The notes under the pieces are model-generated. The model was not told where the DNA came from, made no database searches, and saw only the letters and a program-made list of their open reading frames with translations. Positions 18,431 to 27,715 of a DNA stretch of 64,000 bases are shown piece after piece. The stretch spans positions 13,942 to 77,941 of the IMG/VR virus record IMGVR_UViG_3300021373_003510; one strand, written 5' to 3'. The translations under genes and the position numbers were made by a program. The DNA is from a virus. Every line of letters starts with the position of its first letter. Position 1 is the stretch's first letter.

Positions 18431-20377
18431 TTAAAATTCCAGTACAAACTTAAATTCTTCTCTTGAAAGATCGGTTCTTGCTAATGGGAAGAAGTCTTCC
18501 ATGAAGTATACTTCGCCTGATCTTTGTATATAATCTGAGTAGACAACATTATTGGCTATAGGATTATTTATTGTGATTGTCTGTCCTCCGTCTGTCCTAA
18601 TTGTCAAATTAGGATTAAAAGATGTATCTTTATTGCCATCTACACGGTTATTCACATAAGGTCCTAGATATTCTGCCAAATATACTGTATTCGCCGCTGC
18701 ATCTATTTCATGCACTTTGGCGACGAATGTAACTTCATTACTTCCATCAACTTGTGTGATTGTACTATTTGCTGTTAATTTTGCGTATTCATCTGTTACG
18801 ATTGCTATTCTATTATCGAATACATCAGGTACAGGAGCAGTATTTGCTTGACCGCTTCTCCATGTTCCATCACCTACATCTATGAATGTAGGCTGTCTTA
18901 CGATACCAATAGCACCATAAGTATTTACATCACCAATTTTTGTATTATCTTCTGCTGTAATATAGGCATACATTGAAAAATGTTTACATTTGAATTCATC
19001 AAATAAATTATAAGCATGGCCTCCAGCAGGTTCAATAATAGGTCTTAATGTTGCTCTTACATCTTGTGTAAGTTGATCTTCAGGTGCAAAGCCATTCGCA
19101 GGATCGACTAAAGTAGCAATTGCATTTCTATATCCTGTGCCTCTATTTAATATCGTTACTGAATTTACCTTTCCACTCGATATTTCAGGAATTGCTACAG
19201 CTCCTGTTCCATCACCAATAATATCTATTCTTGGAAATAAACGAATGTTTGAAGAAGCTTTGACATCGGAAACTTGTAAATCTCTATCTCCATTAAATGT
19301 TCCTGTACTTGTATCATAAGCTCCAAATCCAGTTCCGTCTACTGATACTGTAGCAGCTGCATTAGAATATAATTCAAATGTATCGTCAGTTAAAACTTTT
19401 GCATAATATACTGGAGTGCCATCATTATTTGCATCGTTTAATTCAGTCATTCCTAATACATTTTTAAATCTTACTGGTTGATTCTTTACGGTACTTAATC
19501 CGTGAGCAGTAGAAGTAATCACAATTGGGTTTGCTTGAGTTGCACCTTCTACAATTCCTATAGTTGGATTTGAAACTTCAGGACTTAACACAAGATCAAC
19601 TCGAGTTGTTGTTTCGTTATAATAATAACTTTTAACTCTAAAAAGGTTTGAAACATTATCTACATTATTTGTAATATATGCATAATGACCAACATAATAA
19701 TCATCTTCTTTACCCCAATCAAGCTCTACAGGTTGTATTGTAAGTGTTGAAGTAGATACATCAATACCTGTTGTGAATGCAGTCTTTTCAAAATAACCAT
19801 TATTATCTAATGCATTTTCTACTTGAATATCAGACATACCGCCACCAACAACTTCAGTGGGTGCCGTATTTGCTGTTGGGTCAATTGGAATATAACCTAA
19901 AGCATTGTATGCTTCAAATTGTAATGTAGTTAAACGATACATATATTTCCATACGTATCCGTCAGCTGTTTCATAAATTTGATTTACATTAGCGGAATCA
20001 TATGTAGGTGGTGATTCAGCAGTTGCACCACGATTATTATCTAAACATTTATAAACTCTATAATCACCAGTGTCATTATCATTAGGTCCAACAACTGCAT
20101 AAAATTTCAATCCGTCTAAATCAAGAGTATCATCGTATTGAGCATAAGACTGTCCTCTTTGCCAAGGATAGTACTTAATCATAAAATTAATATCTTCGTT
20201 TTTAATCTTTTTGCCAAATAATGTATTCTCTAAGAATTCATTTTGAGACACGGCAGAATCTACAGGATTAAAATTCCCAATAGTAGAAACGAACATATAA
20301 AAATTTTGGTTTGCCTCTACATCGGCAACAAAAAGTTTATTAAGATCGCTCTTGAAGTTGTTTGTTAGAATTTCCAT
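18431..20377 (-). CDS. gp8: Baseplate wedge subunit gp8-like, with an inserted beta module (GATQANPIVITSTAHGL)
   Basis: YRVYKCLDNN, TADGYVWKYMY and C-terminal REEFKFVLEF motifs. Confidence 0.8.
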   Translation of the reverse strand: MEILTNNFKSDLNKLFVADVEANQNFYMFVSTIGNFNPVDSAVSQNEFLENTLFGKKIKNEDINFMIKYYPWQRGQSYAQYDDTLDLDGLKFYAVVGPNDNDTGDYRVYKCLDNNRGATAESPPTYDSANVNQIYETADGYVWKYMYRLTTLQFEAYNALGYIPIDPTANTAPTEVVGGGMSDIQVENALDNNGYFEKTAFTTGIDVSTSTLTIQPVELDWGKEDDYYVGHYAYITNNVDNVSNLFRVKSYYYNETTTRVDLVLSPEVSNPTIGIVEGATQANPIVITSTAHGLSTVKNQPVRFKNVLGMTELNDANNDGTPVYYAKVLTDDTFELYSNAAATVSVDGTGFGAYDTSTGTFNGDRDLQVSDVKASSNIRLFPRIDIIGDGTGAVAIPEISSGKVNSVTILNRGTGYRNAIATLVDPANGFAPEDQLTQDVRATLRPIIEPAGGHAYNLFDEFKCKHFSMYAYITAEDNTKIGDVNTYGAIGIVRQPTFIDVGDGTWRSGQANTAPVPDVFDNRIAIVTDEYAKLTANSTITQVDGSNEVTFVAKVHEIDAAANTVYLAEYLGPYVNNRVDGNKDTSFNPNLTIRTDGGQTITINNPIANNVVYSDYIQRSGEVYFMEDFFPLARTDLSREEFKFVLEF

Positions 20378-20425
20378 GTTTCCGCTTTCGCTCTTATATA
20401 TTATAGTTTATTTATTACAAATTAC

Positions 20426-22639
20426 TTAAGAAGAGAATGATACCTTTGGTCGCGGCCATGCTCGGCCCGATACAGGTCTTCTTCCTTCAGATGTTTGTTC
20501 TGAACCGCCTGCGATATATTTACCGCTTCCCATACGAATTCCCCAAGGAATATGTACTCTTAACGCAGGTGTTCCGTATAGTTCTGTTAAATCAGCTCCA
20601 CCATTTTGATAATCGTTATCTTTAACTCGATTTACTTCAGATGAATTATATAATTTAGTTGAAGATATATCACCAGCTGAAGGTATATTACTAAAGTCAA
20701 TTAAATTTTCACCAATTAAATTTTCTTTTGAGTGTTTTATCATCAATGCTTTTAATTGAGCAATGCTTGGATATACTCCTCGCTGAGTAAAATACCAATC
20801 TAAAAATACTGTTGCACAACCTGCAGCAACAGGAGCAGCACAACTTGTTCCACTAAAGTATCCCCAATTTCCATCAGAGAGTGTTAGTGTTGGATAACTT
20901 GTCCATGTATAAGCACCGTAAGCCGCAAAATCAATCTGAGGACCACGATTACTGTAATCATCCATGAGTCTATTTGTTTCATCTTGTTGACAAGCAGCAA
21001 TTGTAAATTGATTATCTCCACCATCAATTTCTGATCTTAATACATAATAAGATAATGTTGACCCAGTAACAATATCGGTAAATTGATTACGACCATCGGT
21101 GTCCAAAGTATTTAACACTCCATTTGCACTGCCGTCAATATTAATTTTATTGTTCCATCTTGGGTCATCAGGATTCACTGCAACGTGAGCATTGTTACCT
21201 GCACTCTTAAAATGATAAATTCCATTGTAAGAATTATATTGACCCATTACTGTATCAAATGTAGAATAACGAGTTTGGTCAGGAACTGATATCATCCAAT
21301 AATCATTACCATCTATAGGATCTTCAACGACTCTTGGAATGATTAAGTTATCTGTAAATGGTGTTAAGTCAGAACCCCACCCAGCTGGTGTTGATTCTGT
21401 CACAATAATTTGACCAACCATTGAACCATGATATTGGCAAATGTAATAATATGTACCTGCTGCAGTCGGTGTCCAACTCATTGAACTTGTGCCTGCACCA
21501 GTCACTCCAGTAACTTGACTTCCTGTTCCTGTTACAGAAGCTGTTTTGAAATACATTGGGTGTCCACCCGATGCATTATTTGTCATATTAATTGTATCAC
21601 CAACAACCATATTAATTGTTGGGTCATTACCTGAAACTGAACCGTTCCTATCTGTTCCACTTACTTGATAATTACTTGAGTCGGACGCAGAAGCAGTAAA
21701 GCTCAAATTTTGAGCAGAACCTGTTCCTGTTGGTCTATTAATTGTCGACATATTACCGGCTGAATCATATACTTCAAGGGAATTAATTTCATCAACTCGA
21801 TAAAATCTTTCGTGCTCAACACCAGAATATCCCCATGCCCCAGTTACGACTGTTGCGTTTTTAACTCCTGTTGCCGGATTTACTGGTTTATCAATATGCC
21901 ATTGAAGAACTCCATAATAAGCATTTGTAACACCGTCCGACAAATAGATAACTCTTAATGTTGATTTTTTACCCCATCCACAATATTTACCACCTGCTGC
22001 ACTTAATACTCCAATTGCATGACTTGAGAACCAATTTGTATTATTATTCGTTACTTGATTATTTCTTGCATCATTTAAAGCACTTGAAACTGTTGACCAA
22101 TCCATAGGAACAAATTTAGAGTCCGTAGAATCAAACTCTTGGAAGTCAACATGGTTTTCATGTCCTGCATTTCCTGCAGCTGGAGAACCGGCTTCAATCG
22201 CAACAATATCTACATACTCTCCAAGAAAATTAGACTTAACTGTATCGTCAAATTGATAATCACCAAAGTAACCTAATGGAGGAGATGCTCCTGCCACAGG
22301 ATCAAATTCACTAGAAAGATACATATTCATACCTGTATACTGTGCACCATTAGAACCGCCTGATGGATTATATCTTGTTCTATATGTTACTGTACCACTT
22401 TCGTATCTTGGTGTTGAAGAAGGATATGAATGTTCTATAACGTCTCGTTCAGGAGCAACCTCAATAACAAAAGAAACTCCTCTAAGTATTTCTGCCTCAG
22501 GGTCTGTTAAATTCATACATATCATACCATCCCAGAGATCAAAGTTATTTAATACTTCCATGCCTGCTGCTTCGTTTGAAAGAAAGGCAGCTTCGTCTGT
22601 TCCTGGCTCAAGTAATATGTTATGAATACGTTTACTCAT
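20426..22639 (-). CDS. Subtilisin-like (S8) protease with an I9-like prodomain and an inserted cupredoxin domain
   Basis: SHAIGVLSAAGG (His), SAGNN (oxyanion Asn), FSGTSCAAPVAAG (Ser); cupredoxin GGHPMYF...YYYICQYHGSM. Confidence 0.75.
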   Translation of the reverse strand: MSKRIHNILLEPGTDEAAFLSNEAAGMEVLNNFDLWDGMICMNLTDPEAEILRGVSFVIEVAPERDVIEHSYPSSTPRYESGTVTYRTRYNPSGGSNGAQYTGMNMYLSSEFDPVAGASPPLGYFGDYQFDDTVKSNFLGEYVDIVAIEAGSPAAGNAGHENHVDFQEFDSTDSKFVPMDWSTVSSALNDARNNQVTNNNTNWFSSHAIGVLSAAGGKYCGWGKKSTLRVIYLSDGVTNAYYGVLQWHIDKPVNPATGVKNATVVTGAWGYSGVEHERFYRVDEINSLEVYDSAGNMSTINRPTGTGSAQNLSFTASASDSSNYQVSGTDRNGSVSGNDPTINMVVGDTINMTNNASGGHPMYFKTASVTGTGSQVTGVTGAGTSSMSWTPTAAGTYYYICQYHGSMVGQIIVTESTPAGWGSDLTPFTDNLIIPRVVEDPIDGNDYWMISVPDQTRYSTFDTVMGQYNSYNGIYHFKSAGNNAHVAVNPDDPRWNNKINIDGSANGVLNTLDTDGRNQFTDIVTGSTLSYYVLRSEIDGGDNQFTIAACQQDETNRLMDDYSNRGPQIDFAAYGAYTWTSYPTLTLSDGNWGYFSGTSCAAPVAAGCATVFLDWYFTQRGVYPSIAQLKALMIKHSKENLIGENLIDFSNIPSAGDISSTKLYNSSEVNRVKDNDYQNGGADLTELYGTPALRVHIPWGIRMGSGKYIAGGSEQTSEGRRPVSGRAWPRPKVSFSS

Positions 22640-22642
22640 TTA

Positions 22643-24508
22643 TTAGCTCTCAAGCTTTAATGCGTCAATAGTAACTGTTACTGTACCTGCACTTCCTGAA
22701 TTGTTTTGGATTGCTACAGGAACTTCCGTTTCTGAATTATCAAGCCAACCCATAATAGAAGGAGTAACTTTAAATGTTGTGTTTGCCGAAGTGGCAATAA
22801 ATTCTGCTATAACACCAGACCCATCAGCTGGATCCGTTCCTTGTGTTCTACCTGCATCAGCTGTTCTTGATGCTGTATCGGAATATATTCTTATCCAAGC
22901 TTCTTTGTCAACTTGAACTTTTTGTAACGCAAATGATTTGCCTAGTGTTGCATATTGAACTGAACCTGAAGCACCGTCTGCAATAGAGCCAGTTGTTTCT
23001 GCTTCCTGAACTCTTGAGGCACCACTGCCTCCGCTAGATGATGGGTCAGCAATTACAATATCGCCAATCATTGAACCAGCGTGGACTTGACATATGTATT
23101 TGTAAGTTCCGCTTATACTACCAGGTACTTTCCAATATAATACACCGCTTACTTTGCCTTGTGCGGCACTACCTGTTGTTCTTGTTCCGTCAGGAGCAAT
23201 ATGAACAAGTCCTGTATCATATGCAGATCCACCTGCTGTATTAATTTGAAATGGATGTGATGAAGTAACACTTGTTAAATCAAATGCAATTGTTTCTCCA
23301 GCATTAACATATAGTGTCGGATTGTCCGCTGTACCATAATGATCTGATCGCCATGATGACGAACCGTTTGGTGTTATAACGTGAACTGTTGTTGCTGGGA
23401 AAGCAACATCGTGTACATCAAGATCCGCTGTATTAATTTCAGATAAAGCAGCTAAGGTTGAAGAACCGCCTCCGCCTGTTGCATCGGCAACCCAAGCATA
23501 ATCAGAACCGTCCCAAGATAATATTTGATTATTACTTGCGCTTGAAACATTTAAGTGAGAATCAACATCAGAGTTAGCATAACCTGCGGCTGCACTTAAT
23601 TGACCTGAAGAAGCAGTTAAACCTGAACCTGCGATTGAAGCAACAAAGTCTGCTACTGATTCTTTCTTTGTATTACCTGAATCATCAGCATCAATAAATG
23701 CAATACTATCTGCGGTAACATTAAGAATTCCAGCATCAACACTATTTAAGTTAACGCTGTTTGAACCTCCACCACCACCTGATGCCGCAATTGTTACTGT
23801 ATCGGTTGCAGAGTTAGCAGTTAATGTAATATTAGATCCTGCGACAATATTTAATGTATCACCGCCTGATGCTTGAATGTTAACTCCACCTACTGCGACT
23901 GTTGTAAATGCATCTGATGATTGAGCAACCCACTCGTAATCTGAACCATCCCAAGATAATACTTCGTTACTTTGTGCTGTACTTGTATTTAAGTGGGAAT
24001 CAATATCAGTATTAGCAAATGATGATCCACCACCGCCACCACCACCGCTTGTCATTTCAACCCAACTATAACTTCCGTTTGCGCTCGTACCAAGAACATA
24101 ACCATCAACTTCACTATTTAATATATTGGCCGAATATACAAATGAGTTAAGTGGGTCTGTGTAATTTGTTACTGATCCGCCTGAAGTGTCGGTTAATAAT
24201 TTTCTCCATTCTCCGTGGGCATAATATAATGCTCCTGTGGAATGAGCGTGTCCGATAGATCCATGATATGATGATGGATCCACCGCAAGTAATTCTGCTT
24301 CCGTTGAATATAAGAATGATATCTTATTTGGCTTATTTTGATAATCAATGTTTCCATTCACATCAAATAAGTTAATTGGATTTGTTGAGCTACCTAATGC
24401 TAGGTATAACTCATTAAAGTTATCGTTTGTTTTATCGAATGCATTCCTTAACGGATCACCTGTCCCGTCATTTGCGGATACACCGATATTAATTGTTTGC
24501 TTGGCCAT
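22643..24508 (-). CDS. Tail fibre / gp9-gp10-like baseplate protein with a cupredoxin domain
   Basis: N-terminus MAKQTINIGVSANDGTGDPLRNAFDKTNDNFNELY; LSWDGSDY repeats; SHPFQI...YICQVHAGSM. Confidence 0.75.
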   Translation of the reverse strand: MAKQTINIGVSANDGTGDPLRNAFDKTNDNFNELYLALGSSTNPINLFDVNGNIDYQNKPNKISFLYSTEAELLAVDPSSYHGSIGHAHSTGALYYAHGEWRKLLTDTSGGSVTNYTDPLNSFVYSANILNSEVDGYVLGTSANGSYSWVEMTSGGGGGGGSSFANTDIDSHLNTSTAQSNEVLSWDGSDYEWVAQSSDAFTTVAVGGVNIQASGGDTLNIVAGSNITLTANSATDTVTIAASGGGGGSNSVNLNSVDAGILNVTADSIAFIDADDSGNTKKESVADFVASIAGSGLTASSGQLSAAAGYANSDVDSHLNVSSASNNQILSWDGSDYAWVADATGGGGSSTLAALSEINTADLDVHDVAFPATTVHVITPNGSSSWRSDHYGTADNPTLYVNAGETIAFDLTSVTSSHPFQINTAGGSAYDTGLVHIAPDGTRTTGSAAQGKVSGVLYWKVPGSISGTYKYICQVHAGSMIGDIVIADPSSSGGSGASRVQEAETTGSIADGASGSVQYATLGKSFALQKVQVDKEAWIRIYSDTASRTADAGRTQGTDPADGSGVIAEFIATSANTTFKVTPSIMGWLDNSETEVPVAIQNNSGSAGTVTVTIDALKLES

Positions 24509-24541
24509 AGCGTTTTCCTAAAAATTTTTATATATTTATTA

Positions 24542-27500
24542 TTAATAAGTTATATTGTAATTATCTTCCAGGTATTTATTAATGAGGTTTCTCATATCTG
24601 CTGAAACTGTATGTCCTACATCGTCGTTCATAAATATGACATCTCCGTAATCAACGATGAAAGAATCTGTTCCATATGAGGTACCTGTTGATTGGCTACC
24701 TGAATATCCTTGTGCTTGAGCAAATGCAAATGCACTATTTGGAGCGCTCAAGTGAGTCATACCTGTAAAGTTAGCACCACCGTTATATGGAATAACTGTA
24801 TCGTTTCTTCCATTGAATTGTACTATTTTTCTTTGAGGTATTGGGTTTTTAACTGTATCATATCCATCGTTAGCATATGCATCACCTGTAAGTTCTTCAT
24901 CTGCTGGATAATAGAAATAACCACCTCTGTATTGATCGTCATTAGTTTGTGATCCTCCACATAAAATAACATCAACTTCTGGTGCAGTTATTTCTACAGC
25001 AGCTCTTAATGCAAGTGCTCCACCATTTGAGAATCCTAAAATTCTAAACTTGGTCTTATCAACATTATTATAAAGTTTCAGCTTAGTAATTAAATCATTT
25101 AACATTTCAATGTCAGGACCGTTGCTTGCCTCATTTGAAATATTCCATGTATCATTATAACCGTCTACTGCGACTAATACATGTCCTGGTAATACGGAAG
25201 CATATTGAGAAATCATACCTGCACCGTTACCACCTGCTCCATGTAATAAAATAGCAACTGGGTAAGGAGCTGAACCTGCTGAAGGCATTTGTACTGTTAC
25301 TTCATAATCAAAGAAACCTTGGCTCCAATTTTTTGTTATGTTTAAATTTGAATTTGCACTTAAGGTAAGTCCGCCTGTTCCGCCAGGTTCGTGGTCGGCT
25401 GAAACGAATGTACTATCCGCGGTAAAGTTTGTAATTGAAGCTCGTAATGTTGCTATATCAGCAATGTCTAATGGTGAGCCTGTTCCTTGGTCATTAAATA
25501 ATCTTAAGAATCTTGGTCTGATTGTCGAATCAATTTTTGCTTTGAATATAAAGTCACCAAATAGTTTTGATCCTGCTAGGTGAACACTTTCTTTTAACAA
25601 ATCTTCATATTCTTGTAATGGTAAAGTGGATTTAATTTGATATGAATACTCCTGGAAGTAATCACTATCTTGAATCCTTGCTCCAGAATCATAATAATAT
25701 AAAGAAGGATTTGTACTGTCAATTGGTTTATAACCACTTAGGTGAGAATTCTCTCCTGCCCAATATCCAGCGGTTATGCCTTGCCTATCAGCTTCAATTC
25801 TTCCTTGCACAACAATAGCATTATTTGCATCTCTTAATTCGCCTTGACCTGTCGCAAAGGTATTAATTTCAGATAAAGGTTTACCTGCTTTCAAATAATC
25901 TACATATCCAAACCCTGATTGTAAAATCGCAACTTCTTCAACAACACCAACTGCAAATGAAGTATCGGTATTAATAATTGCATTTTCTCCAAGAGGATCT
26001 GAATTACTATAATCTCGTTCAACAGCAATCACATCAAATATTTGAGTGGGAGTGCCTTCCTTATAAACATCGTTTCCAGTAAATCCATAATAATCAAATG
26101 GAGTAACGGTGATTGACCCCGCTTCGGTATTTACTGATTTTACAACACCTTTAATATTAGTTGACTGTTCTTGTACTCTATCACCAATTGAAAATACACC
26201 TGCATCGCCTGAATCAGTAAATGATATAATTTGATTCTTACGATCATATATGTTAAATGTATCATCTTTAGCAATTGCGAACACATCGTTAACATATCCG
26301 TCGCCTGGGTTAAGATTTTGAAATCCTACAATAGAACCAATTGTTAAATCTTGAATATCAAATGCATCTTCTAATGCTGTTGATAAAGTAACAGGTGAAG
26401 CAGTTCCTGACATTGGAGTAACTGCACCATAATCAGCTGCATTAATATTCACACTTACATAAGGTGAAACAACATCAGTAATGACAGATGCAACAGATGT
26501 ATCTGCAAGTGAAGAAACTTTAACATGATCGGGGTTGTTTGTGTCGGGATATAACTGACCAGGAGACGTTTCATTTTTTGTGGTTATTTCATTCCCAGCA
26601 GTGTTTACTGTAACTACAACTTCGTTTGAACCACGAGTCGTTGTTATAACACTATTTAAATCAAATGCCTTTCCTGCATCCATTCTGAAACCAACTGCAC
26701 CAATATTTTGTCCTATTACGGTACCTGTGTTTGTTTGTTGGTCTTGAACGGTTTCTCCTACAATGTATCTATAAGGGTTGTTATCAGTAATAAGAGATTG
26801 GTTTGAAACTAATAGGCGAGTATCTTCAAGTGTATAACCATATCCTCCATCTGCAACTTCGTAATTAATTCTTCCTGTTAAATCATTGGTAACTTTTGTT
26901 ACGATTGCTTGTCCTGCATATCCATCTTTTTGTTTGACATCATAAACAGCACCTACTTCAACTCCTGTTTGGAATACGGTATTTGCACCAGTTGTGTCAG
27001 GTACAAATCCTGATAGAGATCCATTAATTTGTCCAAAAGTTACTTGCTCGCCTGATATTTTTGTTCGTATGTATTCAAACTTTTGAAAGTTACCTTTAAT
27101 ATCATCAAGATAAACGACAGGAGTTTTAATACCATTTAAGATAAAGAAGTTAACCGAGCGGACGGCAGCAATTGCACCTGATGTAGTACCTTTAATATTA
27201 CGAGATAATAAATCAAAGTAAGTATATTGTTTTCCAGCTTCCGAAAAGAATTTACCGTTATTAGAAAACATTTGTAGGTAAACGCCTTGTCTCCATTCTG
27301 AATCAGAAACTTTGGCCATCTTTTCAGAAGGATATAATATTTCAATATCGAACTCTTGATAGAATATCGCAAAGAATAATTCTATACCACGAGCAGTACC
27401 TTTTGAGCGATATAAGTCAAGAATATTTTTAACAATAAACTTTATAATATCAGATTTAAGTGGAAGATCAGCAAGAAACTTTTTCTTAAAGAATATAATC

Positions 27501-27700
27501 ATATTCTCTAATGTAGTATCAATATCCTTATTTTCAAAGTATCTTCTTTGTTGATAGATATGTTGATCTGTTTGAGTCTCAGAGAATTTGTAATAGTCTT
27601 CTACTAATTGAACAAGCTCAGGACCATCCTCACGATATATCGCAGGAAATTGTTGCTTTATAAAAAGCGAAATATTTTTTTCAATATCACCCTGAGGCAT
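24542..27700 (-). CDS. Baseplate wedge gp7-like protein with a C-terminal alpha/beta-hydrolase (esterase) fusion
   Basis: LYRSKGTARGIELFF and IQDSDYFQEYSYQIKS motifs; C-terminal LLHGAGG, GFSNGG, GRNDTVIPYNGG, VGH. Confidence 0.75.
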   Translation of the reverse strand: MPQGDIEKNISLFIKQQFPAIYREDGPELVQLVEDYYKFSETQTDQHIYQQRRYFENKDIDTTLENMIIFFKKKFLADLPLKSDIIKFIVKNILDLYRSKGTARGIELFFAIFYQEFDIEILYPSEKMAKVSDSEWRQGVYLQMFSNNGKFFSEAGKQYTYFDLLSRNIKGTTSGAIAAVRSVNFFILNGIKTPVVYLDDIKGNFQKFEYIRTKISGEQVTFGQINGSLSGFVPDTTGANTVFQTGVEVGAVYDVKQKDGYAGQAIVTKVTNDLTGRINYEVADGGYGYTLEDTRLLVSNQSLITDNNPYRYIVGETVQDQQTNTGTVIGQNIGAVGFRMDAGKAFDLNSVITTTRGSNEVVVTVNTAGNEITTKNETSPGQLYPDTNNPDHVKVSSLADTSVASVITDVVSPYVSVNINAADYGAVTPMSGTASPVTLSTALEDAFDIQDLTIGSIVGFQNLNPGDGYVNDVFAIAKDDTFNIYDRKNQIISFTDSGDAGVFSIGDRVQEQSTNIKGVVKSVNTEAGSITVTPFDYYGFTGNDVYKEGTPTQIFDVIAVERDYSNSDPLGENAIINTDTSFAVGVVEEVAILQSGFGYVDYLKAGKPLSEINTFATGQGELRDANNAIVVQGRIEADRQGITAGYWAGENSHLSGYKPIDSTNPSLYYYDSGARIQDSDYFQEYSYQIKSTLPLQEYEDLLKESVHLAGSKLFGDFIFKAKIDSTIRPRFLRLFNDQGTGSPLDIADIATLRASITNFTADSTFVSADHEPGGTGGLTLSANSNLNITKNWSQGFFDYEVTVQMPSAGSAPYPVAILLHGAGGNGAGMISQYASVLPGHVLVAVDGYNDTWNISNEASNGPDIEMLNDLITKLKLYNNVDKTKFRILGFSNGGALALRAAVEITAPEVDVILCGGSQTNDDQYRGGYFYYPADEELTGDAYANDGYDTVKNPIPQRKIVQFNGRNDTVIPYNGGANFTGMTHLSAPNSAFAFAQAQGYSGSQSTGTSYGTDSFIVDYGDVIFMNDDVGHTVSADMRNLINKYLEDNYNITY

Positions 27701-27715
27701 TACTCTTCTCTCTTA

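Noticed and set aside
20409-24540. AATAAATA boxes at 20409-20416 and 24533-24540 as late promoters
   Set aside because: They are one mismatch from consensus in very AT-rich spacers; plausible but not separable from chance.
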